A stretch of DNA of 28,857 bases. Source: a virus. Taxonomy: Duplodnaviria; Caudoviricetes. The stretch spans positions 1 to 28,857 of the IMG/VR virus record IMGVR_UViG_3300007754_000043. The stretch is one strand, 5' to 3'. Shown piece by piece: positions 8,532 through 17,483 of the stretch (position 1 is its first letter; each line of letters starts with the position of its first letter). The notes under the pieces are model-generated. The model searched no databases. It was not told where the DNA came from and saw only the letters and a list, made by a program, of their open reading frames with translations. The position numbers and the translations under genes are program-made.

Positions 8532-9680
8532 ATGCCAAGAAAGGCAAAACAAACCAAGGCTGGTCGTGTATCTATGCAAGATCTCATGACCTTGGTAAAT
8601 AAAAAAGCGGGACGTAATGTTGCGCACGATTTAACGGGTGAGAATCCCACCGAAGTCAAAGAATGGATCCCCACAGGATCGCGTTGGCTTGATAGTATTA
8701 TATGCAAGGGACACATCGGCGGCATTCCTGTCGGCAAGGTTACAGAGATTGCAGGACTCACCTCCACAGGGAAGTCTTACATGGCCGCACAGATTGCAGC
8801 CAACGCCCAGAAAATGGATAAGCTCGTCGTATATTTTGATTCCGAGTCAGCCATCGACCCTGCTTTTTTGGAGGCAGCAGGCTGCGACCTAGAGCGCTTA
8901 ATGTACGTTCAGGCATCGTCTGTCGAGTTTGTTCTTGAGACAATTGAAGAACTTCTAGGAGCAACCGACGAGAAGCTGCTATTGATTTGGGATTCTCTCG
9001 CGTTCACTCCCGCAGTGTCGGATGTGGAAGGCGACTTTAATCCGCAATCCTCGATGGCAATGAAGGCGCGCATCCTTGCGAAGGGAATGTCAAAGCTGAC
9101 CCTTCCTATCGCAGACAAGCAGGCAACCTTCTTGGTTCTTAACCAGCTTAAGACTAACATTACTAGTGGGCCCATGGCTCATATCACTGCCATGACTACA
9201 CCCTACATGACACCCGGCGGAAAAGCAATGCACTATTCTTATTCGCTGCGCATCTGGCTCACCGGACGCAAGGCCAAGAGTGCTTTCGTGATGGATGATA
9301 AAGGTTTCCGTATTGGATCTGAAGTTAAAGTTAGACTAGAGAAGTCTAGGTTCGGAACCCAAGGAAGAAACTGTGCCTTCCGTATTATGTGGGGTACCGA
9401 TGAGGTTGGCATCCGCGATGAAGAAAGCTGGTTCGATGCTATCAAGACATCCGAATACTTGACTTCCAAGGGTGCATGGTATACTTTAGAGACTGCAGAC
9501 GGCTACACAAAAAAGTTCCAGCCCTCTAAGTGGTCCGAGATTATTAAATCAGATAATGAATTTAGAGAACAGGTCATACGTCTGATGGATGAAGAAGTCA
9601 TTCAACGATTTGATCGGCGCGAAGGAACTGCCGACGATTTTTACGAACCTTATGAAGAACAGGAGATTTCAAATGAATAA
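8532..9680 (+). CDS. recA: RecA/UvsX recombinase
   Basis: IPTGS..LD, Walker A GLTSTGKS, YFDSES, Walker B LLIWDS, LNQLK, TPGGKAMHY, EKSRFG, KGAWY. Confidence 0.95.
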   Translation: MPRKAKQTKAGRVSMQDLMTLVNKKAGRNVAHDLTGENPTEVKEWIPTGSRWLDSIICKGHIGGIPVGKVTEIAGLTSTGKSYMAAQIAANAQKMDKLVVYFDSESAIDPAFLEAAGCDLERLMYVQASSVEFVLETIEELLGATDEKLLLIWDSLAFTPAVSDVEGDFNPQSSMAMKARILAKGMSKLTLPIADKQATFLVLNQLKTNITSGPMAHITAMTTPYMTPGGKAMHYSYSLRIWLTGRKAKSAFVMDDKGFRIGSEVKVRLEKSRFGTQGRNCAFRIMWGTDEVGIRDEESWFDAIKTSEYLTSKGAWYTLETADGYTKKFQPSKWSEIIKSDNEFREQVIRLMDEEVIQRFDRREGTADDFYEPYEEQEISNE

Positions 9681-9993
9681 GATTATAATGGCGAGCATTG
9701 CATTGCTGACGAGTGCTTGCACCGTACATGCGCATCCTCACACAGCCCCGCCACCGGCAGCAGTCCATCGCCCACCGCCCCCACGCCCAGCACCCCAAGC
9801 ACACCCTCAACCAGTTAAGGTTAAAGCCTGGGTTTGGGTTCAAGGCCATTACAACCCCCGAGGCGTTTGGATTCATGGGTCATGGGAATTGCGTACCGTA
9901 CCTCGTCATATGATTAATCGACATCCGCATACTTACGTGCGCCATGTCCGAGGCCGCGGCCGACCGGCACCACCTCCACGCAGATATCGTTAA
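9673..9993 (+). CDS. Small proline-rich putative lipoprotein with YXWGXW-like repeats
   Basis: AGGAG RBS at 9661. MNKIIMASIALLTSAC is a signal peptide with a lipobox-like Cys, followed by a Pro/His-rich linker and WVWVQGHY..VWIHGSW. Start 9673 preferred over 9589. Confidence 0.7.
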   Translation: MNKIIMASIALLTSACTVHAHPHTAPPPAAVHRPPPPRPAPQAHPQPVKVKAWVWVQGHYNPRGVWIHGSWELRTVPRHMINRHPHTYVRHVRGRGRPAPPPRRYR

Positions 9994-10000
9994 AAACTGC

Positions 10001-10029
10001 TTGACATTGAGGCCCTGCTATGTTATATT
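10001..10029 (+). promoter_or_regulatory. Sigma70-type promoter for the 5'-3' exonuclease gene
   Basis: TTGACA (10001-10006), 17-nt spacer ending TGt, TATATT (10024-10029); intergenic. Confidence 0.8.
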
Positions 10030-10054
10030 ATATATAACAGGCGGGGCTTTTGCT

Positions 10055-11026
10055 ATGAAACGAGTATTGATCGTAGATGCGTTGAATGCGTATCTTAGGG
10101 CCTACATTGTAGACCCATCTATTTCCTCTAACGGGGATCCTATCGGAGGATTAAAGGGATTCATTAAGATCCTTCAACGACATGTCCGAGAGACAAAGCC
10201 AGATCAGATCATAGTAGTGTGGGATGGTCCTAACGGATCACGAAAGCGCAAGAGTATCGACAAAAACTATAAGGCAGGCAGAAAGCCGATTCGATTAAAT
10301 CGCGCATTCCACAACCTTACTGATGACGAAGAGTTGCACAACAAAATGTGGCAGCAAAGTCGCGTCATTGAATATATGAACAACATGCCTATCGTTCAGT
10401 TTATGATTCCAGAGATCGAAGCGGATGATGTGATTGCATATATTACACAGATGGATTACTATAAGGGATGGCAAAAAATTATTATCTCTAATGACCGCGA
10501 TTTCATGCAGGTGTGTGATGAGGAGACTGTATTGTTGCGTCCCACCAAAAACGAATTACTTAACAAGAAACGAATCATTGAACAAACTGGAGTCCATCCG
10601 ACCAACATGGCTCTCGCTAGAGCTATTGTAGGAGACACCTCCGACAATCTTCCAGGCATTAAAGGCGCCGGCTTTGCGACTGTGAGTAAAAGATTAAACT
10701 TTCTAAGCGACAGTAAATCTTATACCATTGATGAAGTGGTAGATTTCTGTGAGAATACGAAAAGTACGCTCAAGTTTTTTACCAATATCGCGGAGAACAA
10801 GAAGCTCATCGAACATAACTATCGCCTGATGCAATTGTATGCTCCACAGATGTCTTTTCAGTCTAAAGCACACGTCAAAGAATCAATCGAAAATTTTGAG
10901 TGCGACTTTAACAAGACCGAGATTATTGGGATGATGCGCGATGATGGTTTTGGTGAATTAAATTGGGAAGATTTGAGAACATCGTTAAACAAAATCGCGA
11001 GGGAATGTCTTGACAATCCAAGCTAA
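10055..11026 (+). CDS. Stand-alone 5'-3' exonuclease / flap endonuclease (PolI N-terminal domain, T4 RNase H-like)
   Basis: LIVDALN, VVWDG, RK...YKAGRK, EADDVIA, ISNDRDFMQ, H3TH motif AIVGDTSDNLPGIKGAG. ATG 10055 preferred. Confidence 0.93.
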   Translation: MKRVLIVDALNAYLRAYIVDPSISSNGDPIGGLKGFIKILQRHVRETKPDQIIVVWDGPNGSRKRKSIDKNYKAGRKPIRLNRAFHNLTDDEELHNKMWQQSRVIEYMNNMPIVQFMIPEIEADDVIAYITQMDYYKGWQKIIISNDRDFMQVCDEETVLLRPTKNELLNKKRIIEQTGVHPTNMALARAIVGDTSDNLPGIKGAGFATVSKRLNFLSDSKSYTIDEVVDFCENTKSTLKFFTNIAENKKLIEHNYRLMQLYAPQMSFQSKAHVKESIENFECDFNKTEIIGMMRDDGFGELNWEDLRTSLNKIARECLDNPS

Positions 11027-11043
11027 ATTTAGTCGATTTTTAA

Positions 11044-11071
11044 TTGACTTTAGCTCCAGCCATGTTATATA
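11044..11071 (+). promoter_or_regulatory. Probable promoter for the helicase gene
   Basis: TTGACT (11044-11049), then TGtTATATA with a 16-nt spacer; intergenic. Confidence 0.55.
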
Positions 11072-11096
11072 TATAGTACACAGTTAAGAGGGATTT

Positions 11097-12473
11097 ATGC
11101 TATCTAAAAATGCACACTTTGGAAGGTATGGAAAGGCCTTCCAAGAGGGCTTAGTGCAGTTGATTTTTGAAGACCGGCCTTTCGCCGATCAAATCACCGA
11201 AGTGTTAGATACTCAGTTTTTAGAGCTAGAATATCTTAGGGTTTTTGTTAATAAGATTACCGACTATCGCGATAAGTATAATACTCATCCTTCTGTAGAG
11301 GCGATGATTACTATTCTGCGTACTGAGCTAGACAACGATGATGAGGTAACGCAAAATCAAGTTAGAGAATATTTTGCTCGCATTCATGCGCAGGAGCTTA
11401 CAGATACAGAATACATTAAAGATGTCTCCTTGGAATTTTGTCGCAAACAGAATCTTAAAGAAGCCATGATGCATTCGGTAGGACTTCTTCAGAATTGTTC
11501 TTTCGATGAGATCTCTACGGTCATTAATGATGCGCTCAAGCTTGGATCTGACAACAATTTTGGATATGATTATGTTGCTGATTTTGAAATAAGATTTCAA
11601 CCTAAGCACCGCAAGCCGGTATCCACAGGATGGACAGAAATTGATGCTCTTTGTGGTGGAGGCCTGGGTAAAGGGGAACTCGGAGTGGTGATTGCCCCTA
11701 CGGGCGCGGGCAAATCAATGGCCCTGGTTCACTTGGGAACGCAGGCGCTCAAGCAAGAGAAGACGGTTATCCACTATACTCTTGAGCTACAAGATACAGT
11801 CATTGCTAATCGTTATGACAGTTGTTTGACTGGCTACCCTCTTTCTGATATTATTACTTTTAAGCAAGAAGTGTACGAGGCGATCAAAGATATTGACGGC
11901 TCTCTTATTGTTAAAGAGTACCCCACCAAGTCGGCTACCACCAACACCATCCGCTCCCACTTGTCTCGCTTGATTAAGCGGGGCATTAATCCTGGGCTTG
12001 TGATTGTGGACTACGCAGATCTTTTAAAGCCCGTTACCGTAAGAAAAGAGAAGAGAAACGAACTCGAATCTATTTATGAGGAGCTTCGTGCTTTATCTAC
12101 TGAGTTCAAATGCCCTATTTGGACCGCATCCCAAACAAATCGTTCTGGCTTAAACGCAGAAGTGATTACGATGGAGCAAATCTCCGAAGCCTTTAACAAG
12201 TGTTTCGTGGCAGACTTTATTTTTTCTGTCTCGCGCACCATTGAAGACAAACAAAACAACCAAGGAAAGATTTTTATTGCTAAGAATAGGAACGGTCCGG
12301 ATGGGATCATCTATCCTATCTTTATGGATACGTCGTATGTAAAGATTAAAATCCTTCCCAAGGCGCCGATGCCTAATGGTGTTAGTTCAATTGCAACCAC
12401 ACCAGTAGCACTCGGAACCAAACAACAACAAGAATTATTGCGAGAGAAATACTCCAAACTAAAAAGGAAATAA
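11097..12473 (+). CDS. Replicative SF4 helicase (DnaB / T4 gp41-like)
   Basis: STGW..ID, Walker A APTGAGKS, YTLEL, Walker B IVDYAD, TASQTNR, KNRNGPDG. Confidence 0.93.
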   Translation: MLSKNAHFGRYGKAFQEGLVQLIFEDRPFADQITEVLDTQFLELEYLRVFVNKITDYRDKYNTHPSVEAMITILRTELDNDDEVTQNQVREYFARIHAQELTDTEYIKDVSLEFCRKQNLKEAMMHSVGLLQNCSFDEISTVINDALKLGSDNNFGYDYVADFEIRFQPKHRKPVSTGWTEIDALCGGGLGKGELGVVIAPTGAGKSMALVHLGTQALKQEKTVIHYTLELQDTVIANRYDSCLTGYPLSDIITFKQEVYEAIKDIDGSLIVKEYPTKSATTNTIRSHLSRLIKRGINPGLVIVDYADLLKPVTVRKEKRNELESIYEELRALSTEFKCPIWTASQTNRSGLNAEVITMEQISEAFNKCFVADFIFSVSRTIEDKQNNQGKIFIAKNRNGPDGIIYPIFMDTSYVKIKILPKAPMPNGVSSIATTPVALGTKQQQELLREKYSKLKRK

Positions 12474-12478
12474 GCAGC

Positions 12479-14446
12479 ATGAGAACATTAGACAACATTC
12501 GTAGATTCAGATTATCCGACACCTTCTTGGAGCCTTATAAAATTAAAGAAGTTCCCTGGGGTCCGTTGGGATATGTCACCTTTAAGCGCACGTACTCGCG
12601 TCGTCTTAGCGAATTCGATTCTGATGCCACAGGATCCGAGGAGTGGTGGCAGACATGTAAACGTGTCATTGAAGGAATGTTTGATATGCAGAAGGCCCAT
12701 GTGTTCCACCTAGGTCTCGAATGGAATGATGCAAAGGCCCAACGTACAGCCAAAGAAGCCTATGATCGTTTGTTCAACCTCAAGTGGACACCCCCTGGCC
12801 GCGGCTTGTGGATGATGGGTACGAAGTTTGTAGAAGAAAGAACCGCCGCAGGATTATTTAATTGTGCTTTTCGATCCACTAAAGATTTGTCCACCAAGGG
12901 GGGATATTTGTTTGCATGGATGATGGATGCTTTGATGTTGGGGATTGGAGTAGGGTTTGATACCGAAGGCGCCGGCACCCTAACTATTAAAGAGCCCCAG
13001 TATACCAACGACACTCTCGTTATTGATGACTCTCGGGAAGGATGGGTAGATTCTGTACACCTTCTTTTAGATGGCTTTTTCTTTGGAGGAAAGGTGCCTA
13101 AGTTTGATTATTCTATTATTCGTGCCGAGGGAGCACCCATTCATGGGTTTGGTGGTACATCGAGTGGAGCAGGCCCGCTTAAAGAGTTGCATAAGAATTT
13201 AATTGCTCTCTATGGAGAGCGCTTGGATGAGACTATCACATCCGTAGATATTGTAGATACTGAAAATCTTATTGGTCGCTGTGTGGTGGCTGGTAATGTG
13301 CGGCGCTCCGCTGCGTTGGCTATGGGGCGCCACGATGATAAACATTATCTCGAAATGAAAAACGATGATGAAAGGCTGTACCACCACAGGTGGGGCTCCA
13401 ACAACTCCTTTAATGCGGTCGTGGGAATGGACTATGCATGGCATGCCCAGCAGAGCCAGAAGAAAGGAGAGCCGGGGTACATTTGGTTAGAAAATGCGCG
13501 CACTCGTGGGCGCTTTAAGGATGGCGTGCGTTTAGACGATGTTAGTGTCGCCGGTTTCAATCCGTGCGTGGAGCAGCAGCTAGAAGACGCAGAGCTTTGT
13601 TGTCTTGTAGAGACTTTCCCTGCCAAGCATGAAAATCTCGATGATTATTTGAGAACATTAAAGATCGCCTACCTCTATGGCAAGACAATTACTCTTTCCA
13701 ACACTCACTGGCCCGAAACAAACGCCAAGATGCTTAAGAACCGACGTATTGGATTGTCCCAGTCGGGCGTTGTCCAGGCCTTCACTAAGCATGGCCGCCG
13801 CCAGATGTATCAATGGAGCGACACGGCCTACCAGACTATTAATGAACTAGATGAAGAATATTCTAACTGGCTATGCATTCCGAAATCTGTACGCACCACA
13901 TCCATTAAGCCCTCGGGGACGGTCTCGCTTCTTAATGGATCAACTCCAGGTATTCATTTTCCGGAAGCCGAATATTATATTCGCCGTATTCGTTTCTCTC
14001 AAGACTCTAAAATTCTTGACACACTTAAGAAGTCAGGCTATAATGTAGAAAAGGATAAGTATTCTCCGCGCACGATGGTGGTAGAGTTTCCTGTATACGA
14101 ACGCCACTTTACTAAAGGAAAACAAGACGTGGGAATGTGGGAGCAACTAGAAATCGCCGCGCAGTATCAACACTACTGGGCAGACAATTCGGTTTCCATT
14201 ACAGTGACTTTCAAAGAAGAAGAGGCGTCCCAAATTAAAGATGCTCTCGAAATGTATGAAACGCGCTTGAAGGCTGTCTCTTTCCTCAAGTATGAGGAAA
14301 CAGGGTATGAACAGGCCCCCTATGAGGCTATTAGCCAAGAGACTTATGAAAAAATGATAAGTGCCATCACTCCGATTAGTCGCATTCATGACGAACAGGG
14401 TGGAAACGGCACCAAATTCTGTACAAATGACACATGCACAATTTAG
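12479..14446 (+). CDS. nrdJ: Class II (adenosylcobalamin-dependent) ribonucleotide reductase, monomeric RTPR type
   Basis: TFKRTYSR, PPGRGLW, FNCAF, VVAGNVRRSA, NPCVEQ, CCLVE, TSIKPSGT and a C-terminal cysteine pair CTNDTC. Confidence 0.92.
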   Translation: MRTLDNIRRFRLSDTFLEPYKIKEVPWGPLGYVTFKRTYSRRLSEFDSDATGSEEWWQTCKRVIEGMFDMQKAHVFHLGLEWNDAKAQRTAKEAYDRLFNLKWTPPGRGLWMMGTKFVEERTAAGLFNCAFRSTKDLSTKGGYLFAWMMDALMLGIGVGFDTEGAGTLTIKEPQYTNDTLVIDDSREGWVDSVHLLLDGFFFGGKVPKFDYSIIRAEGAPIHGFGGTSSGAGPLKELHKNLIALYGERLDETITSVDIVDTENLIGRCVVAGNVRRSAALAMGRHDDKHYLEMKNDDERLYHHRWGSNNSFNAVVGMDYAWHAQQSQKKGEPGYIWLENARTRGRFKDGVRLDDVSVAGFNPCVEQQLEDAELCCLVETFPAKHENLDDYLRTLKIAYLYGKTITLSNTHWPETNAKMLKNRRIGLSQSGVVQAFTKHGRRQMYQWSDTAYQTINELDEEYSNWLCIPKSVRTTSIKPSGTVSLLNGSTPGIHFPEAEYYIRRIRFSQDSKILDTLKKSGYNVEKDKYSPRTMVVEFPVYERHFTKGKQDVGMWEQLEIAAQYQHYWADNSVSITVTFKEEEASQIKDALEMYETRLKAVSFLKYEETGYEQAPYEAISQETYEKMISAITPISRIHDEQGGNGTKFCTNDTCTI

Positions 14447-14456
14447 GAGGTGATAT

Positions 14457-14741
14457 TTGTTTAACCCAGTGAATCGATATGTTTCCATTCGACTCCCCGC
14501 ACCCCCCGAGAACATGACTGAAAGTGGTATCATGTTGCCGGCCGACTTTAAGCCCAAAGAAGAGCGTTATATTACAGCGGAAATTATTAGTTGGGCTAGC
14601 GATGTACGCTTCAAGGAAAATCTAGAAGTGGGGAGCCAAATCGTAGTAGATAAAACAATGGTTGAGGAAATTAATATTAAAAACCAGACGATTAATGTTG
14701 TGTTAGATAATTATATTATAGGAATTGTCGGGAAAGAATAG
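14457..14741 (+). CDS. groES: GroES-like co-chaperonin
   Basis: FNPVNRYVSI...TESGIMLP mobile loop, LEVGSQIVV. TTG start preceded by a strong AGGAGGTG RBS. Confidence 0.78.
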   Translation: MFNPVNRYVSIRLPAPPENMTESGIMLPADFKPKEERYITAEIISWASDVRFKENLEVGSQIVVDKTMVEEINIKNQTINVVLDNYIIGIVGKE

Positions 14742-14756
14742 CGAGGTCGGAATGGG

Positions 14757-15713
14757 ATGCCAATCGATAAAAACTTTTATAATGAATCGTCTGCAGCTAA
14801 TTTAGGCTGGGATCCAACATGGTTTGGTGAGAAATTTTATGATGATAAGTTGATCAGAGCAGTGAAGAAGTGGCAACGTGATCATTCTCTTACTCCCGAT
14901 GGTCTCGTAGGGCCCATGACTTTTCGTCGCATTTGGACCGAGCGTCAAGTAGACATTGATGAACACAAGCCCGACACCCCTACTTATTCCAATTATATCG
15001 TTTTTAATGGCAACTTTATTCCTATTGAGTGGGACAAGGTAGTGCTTTGGTCGGAGAGCGGTGGCCTTAAAGCAAATCCAGGAACACACTATGATTACAG
15101 CGGCCGGCCAGCACGCGCCATTCGCTACTTTGTAAATCACTGGGACGTGTGCCTCAGTTCCGCCTCCTGTCAAAAAGTTTTAAACAATCGCGGTATTTCG
15201 GTGCACTTTCTCATCGATAATGATGGAACAATCTACCAAACCATTGATATGCAGCATGGCTGCTGGCACGCAGGCAGCGAGCGCGCAAATCGTGCTTCGG
15301 TGGGAGTGGAAATTTCAAATGCATATTATCCTAAATATCAAGAGTGGTATGTAAGAAACGGTCATGGAGAGAGGCCCATCTTAGAAGGGGTACGGTGCCA
15401 AAGCCAGGAACTCGAATCTTTTTTGGGGTTCTATCCGGTACAAATCCGAGCGCTCAAACAATTGTGGAAAGCTATTCATAATGGCTTAGACATTCCCTAT
15501 GCGGCCCCCCTCAATCAATTTGGTAATACCGACAACAACTATGCCCAGCATGTGAAGTACGGAGATTTCAAAGGCTTTGCCAGTCACTATCATGTGTCCA
15601 AAACCAAGAAAGACTGCGCGGGACTAGACATTAAAGCGCTTCTAGAAGAAGTAGAAGAAGAGGAGGCTAGTGGATACAGTAGCGCGAGCGAAGTCTGCGC
15701 AGATGATTCATGA
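14757..15713 (+). CDS. N-acetylmuramoyl-L-alanine amidase with N-terminal peptidoglycan-binding domain (endolysin-like)
   Basis: AVKKWQRDHSLTPDGLVGPMT (PG_binding_1). Amidase_2-type motifs FVNHWD, SVHFLIDNDGTIYQ, WHAG, N..SVGVEI, SHYHVSKTKKDCAG. Confidence 0.9.
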   Translation: MPIDKNFYNESSAANLGWDPTWFGEKFYDDKLIRAVKKWQRDHSLTPDGLVGPMTFRRIWTERQVDIDEHKPDTPTYSNYIVFNGNFIPIEWDKVVLWSESGGLKANPGTHYDYSGRPARAIRYFVNHWDVCLSSASCQKVLNNRGISVHFLIDNDGTIYQTIDMQHGCWHAGSERANRASVGVEISNAYYPKYQEWYVRNGHGERPILEGVRCQSQELESFLGFYPVQIRALKQLWKAIHNGLDIPYAAPLNQFGNTDNNYAQHVKYGDFKGFASHYHVSKTKKDCAGLDIKALLEEVEEEEASGYSSASEVCADDS

Positions 15714-16584
15714 GTATGAAGAGATAGTAATCGGGAGTACTCTAACGGCAGTTTTATACGCCTTCCATAATAAACTCCCCATTTTTTTTACCGATCCCGA
15801 GCCGCCCTTTCGGTTTGATTATCTGAACCCCGACTTAGATATGTCCTGTATTCATTTGGATAACAGCGCACGCCGTCTCACCACTCACAACGGAAACATT
15901 AACGTTGCAGCTCCCAAAATGTTAGTGTGGGAGAGGTTATTATTTCTTACAGCACTCGCCGGCCGCGCCCCTCTGAGTACCCTCTGCGAGAGTTTGCGAT
16001 ACAACGGAGAAACCTTAGTCTGCTCTAATGAATACTCAAAAATAGCCGAGATCAAATTTGAAAAGGCGTTTTATTTTGGTGACCCCCATTGCACAGGATT
16101 GGTAAAGCAAAAAAGAGTTGCCAACCCCCTATACATATGTTATGATTGGATAGCGTTCAATCGCGGAGGCAAGCATGAAATCGATTTCATTGAAACACCC
16201 GATGATTTTGTCAAACACATCTGGTTTTATCCTACAGATCGCATTGACGGGAATTCTCTGGTCAAGGATGCTTGTGTAGTCTCCCATCTCACTGAAGCCG
16301 AACTTTTAGAATTTGACCATAGTCAAACGATGGTACGCTTTAAAATGCTGGCTGAGATGGAGAGCCGAGGAATGAAAGGACTGTTTAATGGCTACTCGCC
16401 CACGGGTACCCCCAAATATTACAAATTTAGAACGACTATCATTGGCCGCGAGAGAAGCCCGCAACTGGCACGCCCACAGCCATCAGTCGAAGCGGTCGAG
16501 GTGCCGGAGATTGATGAAGAAGATTTACTCCAGACTTTACCGTCAGCTTGCTTGGGATACAATAGATTTTTAGATAACTTATGA
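15703..16584 (+). CDS. Hypothetical protein with a degenerate Rossmann (FAD-oxidoreductase-like) N-terminus
   Basis: YEEIVIGSTLTAVLYAF resembles YD.IVIGxGxxG..AA with two glycines lost. ATG 15703 overlaps the amidase end; GTG 15670 is an alternative start. Confidence 0.5.
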   Translation: MIHEYEEIVIGSTLTAVLYAFHNKLPIFFTDPEPPFRFDYLNPDLDMSCIHLDNSARRLTTHNGNINVAAPKMLVWERLLFLTALAGRAPLSTLCESLRYNGETLVCSNEYSKIAEIKFEKAFYFGDPHCTGLVKQKRVANPLYICYDWIAFNRGGKHEIDFIETPDDFVKHIWFYPTDRIDGNSLVKDACVVSHLTEAELLEFDHSQTMVRFKMLAEMESRGMKGLFNGYSPTGTPKYYKFRTTIIGRERSPQLARPQPSVEAVEVPEIDEEDLLQTLPSACLGYNRFLDNL

Positions 16585-17483
16585 GTGATGGCAGACACAT
16601 CCACTTGGCAGGTATCATCCCACTCGCTGGCCTCCAAACTGATTTTGATTTACAGATACCGTCTTGTTTGATGCCGGTGGACCCCGGTTTCACGGCTGTA
16701 CAAAAAGCCGTGTTCGAGTGTGCAGTAGCGGGATGTCAAACCATTTGGATTGTGGCTAACGATGACCTTGCGCCCATCATTAAAAAGGTAGTAGGGGAGT
16801 GGACCTATGACCCCGTGTATTTTTATCGTCAGCATAGCGTTTTCCCTAGTGAACATCGCAAAGAGATTCCTATATATTATGTGCCTATCCACCCCAAAGA
16901 TCGTGACCGCCGAGACTCATATGGCTGGTCTGCGCTATACGGCGTCTATTCAGCCTGGAGAGTGGCCAACATGATATCTAAATGGGTGATACCGCATAAG
17001 TATTTTGTCACATTTCCGATGAATGCCTATAATGTGTATTCGCTGAGAAATTTCCGCGGCAAAATTTCAGATTTTGAAAATAACTTTTTTTTAACCCACG
17101 AAGGGAAAACCGTCAAAGATAATGTTCCTCTTCCTTTCACCATGTTCGGTGACGACTATATTCATTGTCGACGACATGTCAATCAAACTACTACCCGCGA
17201 ATATATAAACCCCGGTCCTGATGAAAAATATCCACAAAAAAAATTGCCACTTTTAGAAAGGTGGTCTGCACGCCACTTTGCTTTTGATACCATCTTTGCG
17301 AAAGTGGGTGATCAAGGGGCCCACAGAGAGGAGCTTGATTGGTACTATGATATCTCAAAATGGCAACAATATCAACTATTTATGGGTTCTGAAAACTTTA
17401 TACAAAAACCATCAAATAGCTTGACAAAGGCCCATAAACATGTTAAATTACCATATAGAGAGGGAGAATTAGATGACGATTAA
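16581..17483 (+). CDS. Divergent sugar-phosphate nucleotidyltransferase-like (NTP_transferase fold) protein
   Basis: LAGIIPLAGLQTDF..IPSCLMPV...AVFECAVAGCQTIWIVAN matches the fold's AIIPAAG.GTR..PK.L.PV...AG...I.IV opening, and WYYDISKW matches the terminal W.DIG motif. ATGA overlap with the upstream gene. Confidence 0.62.
   Translation: MSDGRHIHLAGIIPLAGLQTDFDLQIPSCLMPVDPGFTAVQKAVFECAVAGCQTIWIVANDDLAPIIKKVVGEWTYDPVYFYRQHSVFPSEHRKEIPIYYVPIHPKDRDRRDSYGWSALYGVYSAWRVANMISKWVIPHKYFVTFPMNAYNVYSLRNFRGKISDFENNFFLTHEGKTVKDNVPLPFTMFGDDYIHCRRHVNQTTTREYINPGPDEKYPQKKLPLLERWSARHFAFDTIFAKVGDQGAHREELDWYYDISKWQQYQLFMGSENFIQKPSNSLTKAHKHVKLPYREGELDDD
17421..17449 (+). promoter_or_regulatory. Sigma70-type promoter for dnaE, embedded in the upstream CDS
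   Basis: TTGACA (17421-17426), 17-nt spacer ending TGt, TAAATT (17444-17449); GGAG RBS before 17473. Confidence 0.7.

Noticed and set aside
9589-10054. Longer track starts for the lipoprotein (9589) and the exonuclease (9944)
   Set aside because: They overlap neighbouring genes or a promoter; RBS, signal peptide and domain boundaries support 9673 and 10055.
11010-11040. TTGACA at the end of the exonuclease gene
   Set aside because: No credible -10 hexamer at 16-18 nt; the element at 11044 fits better.
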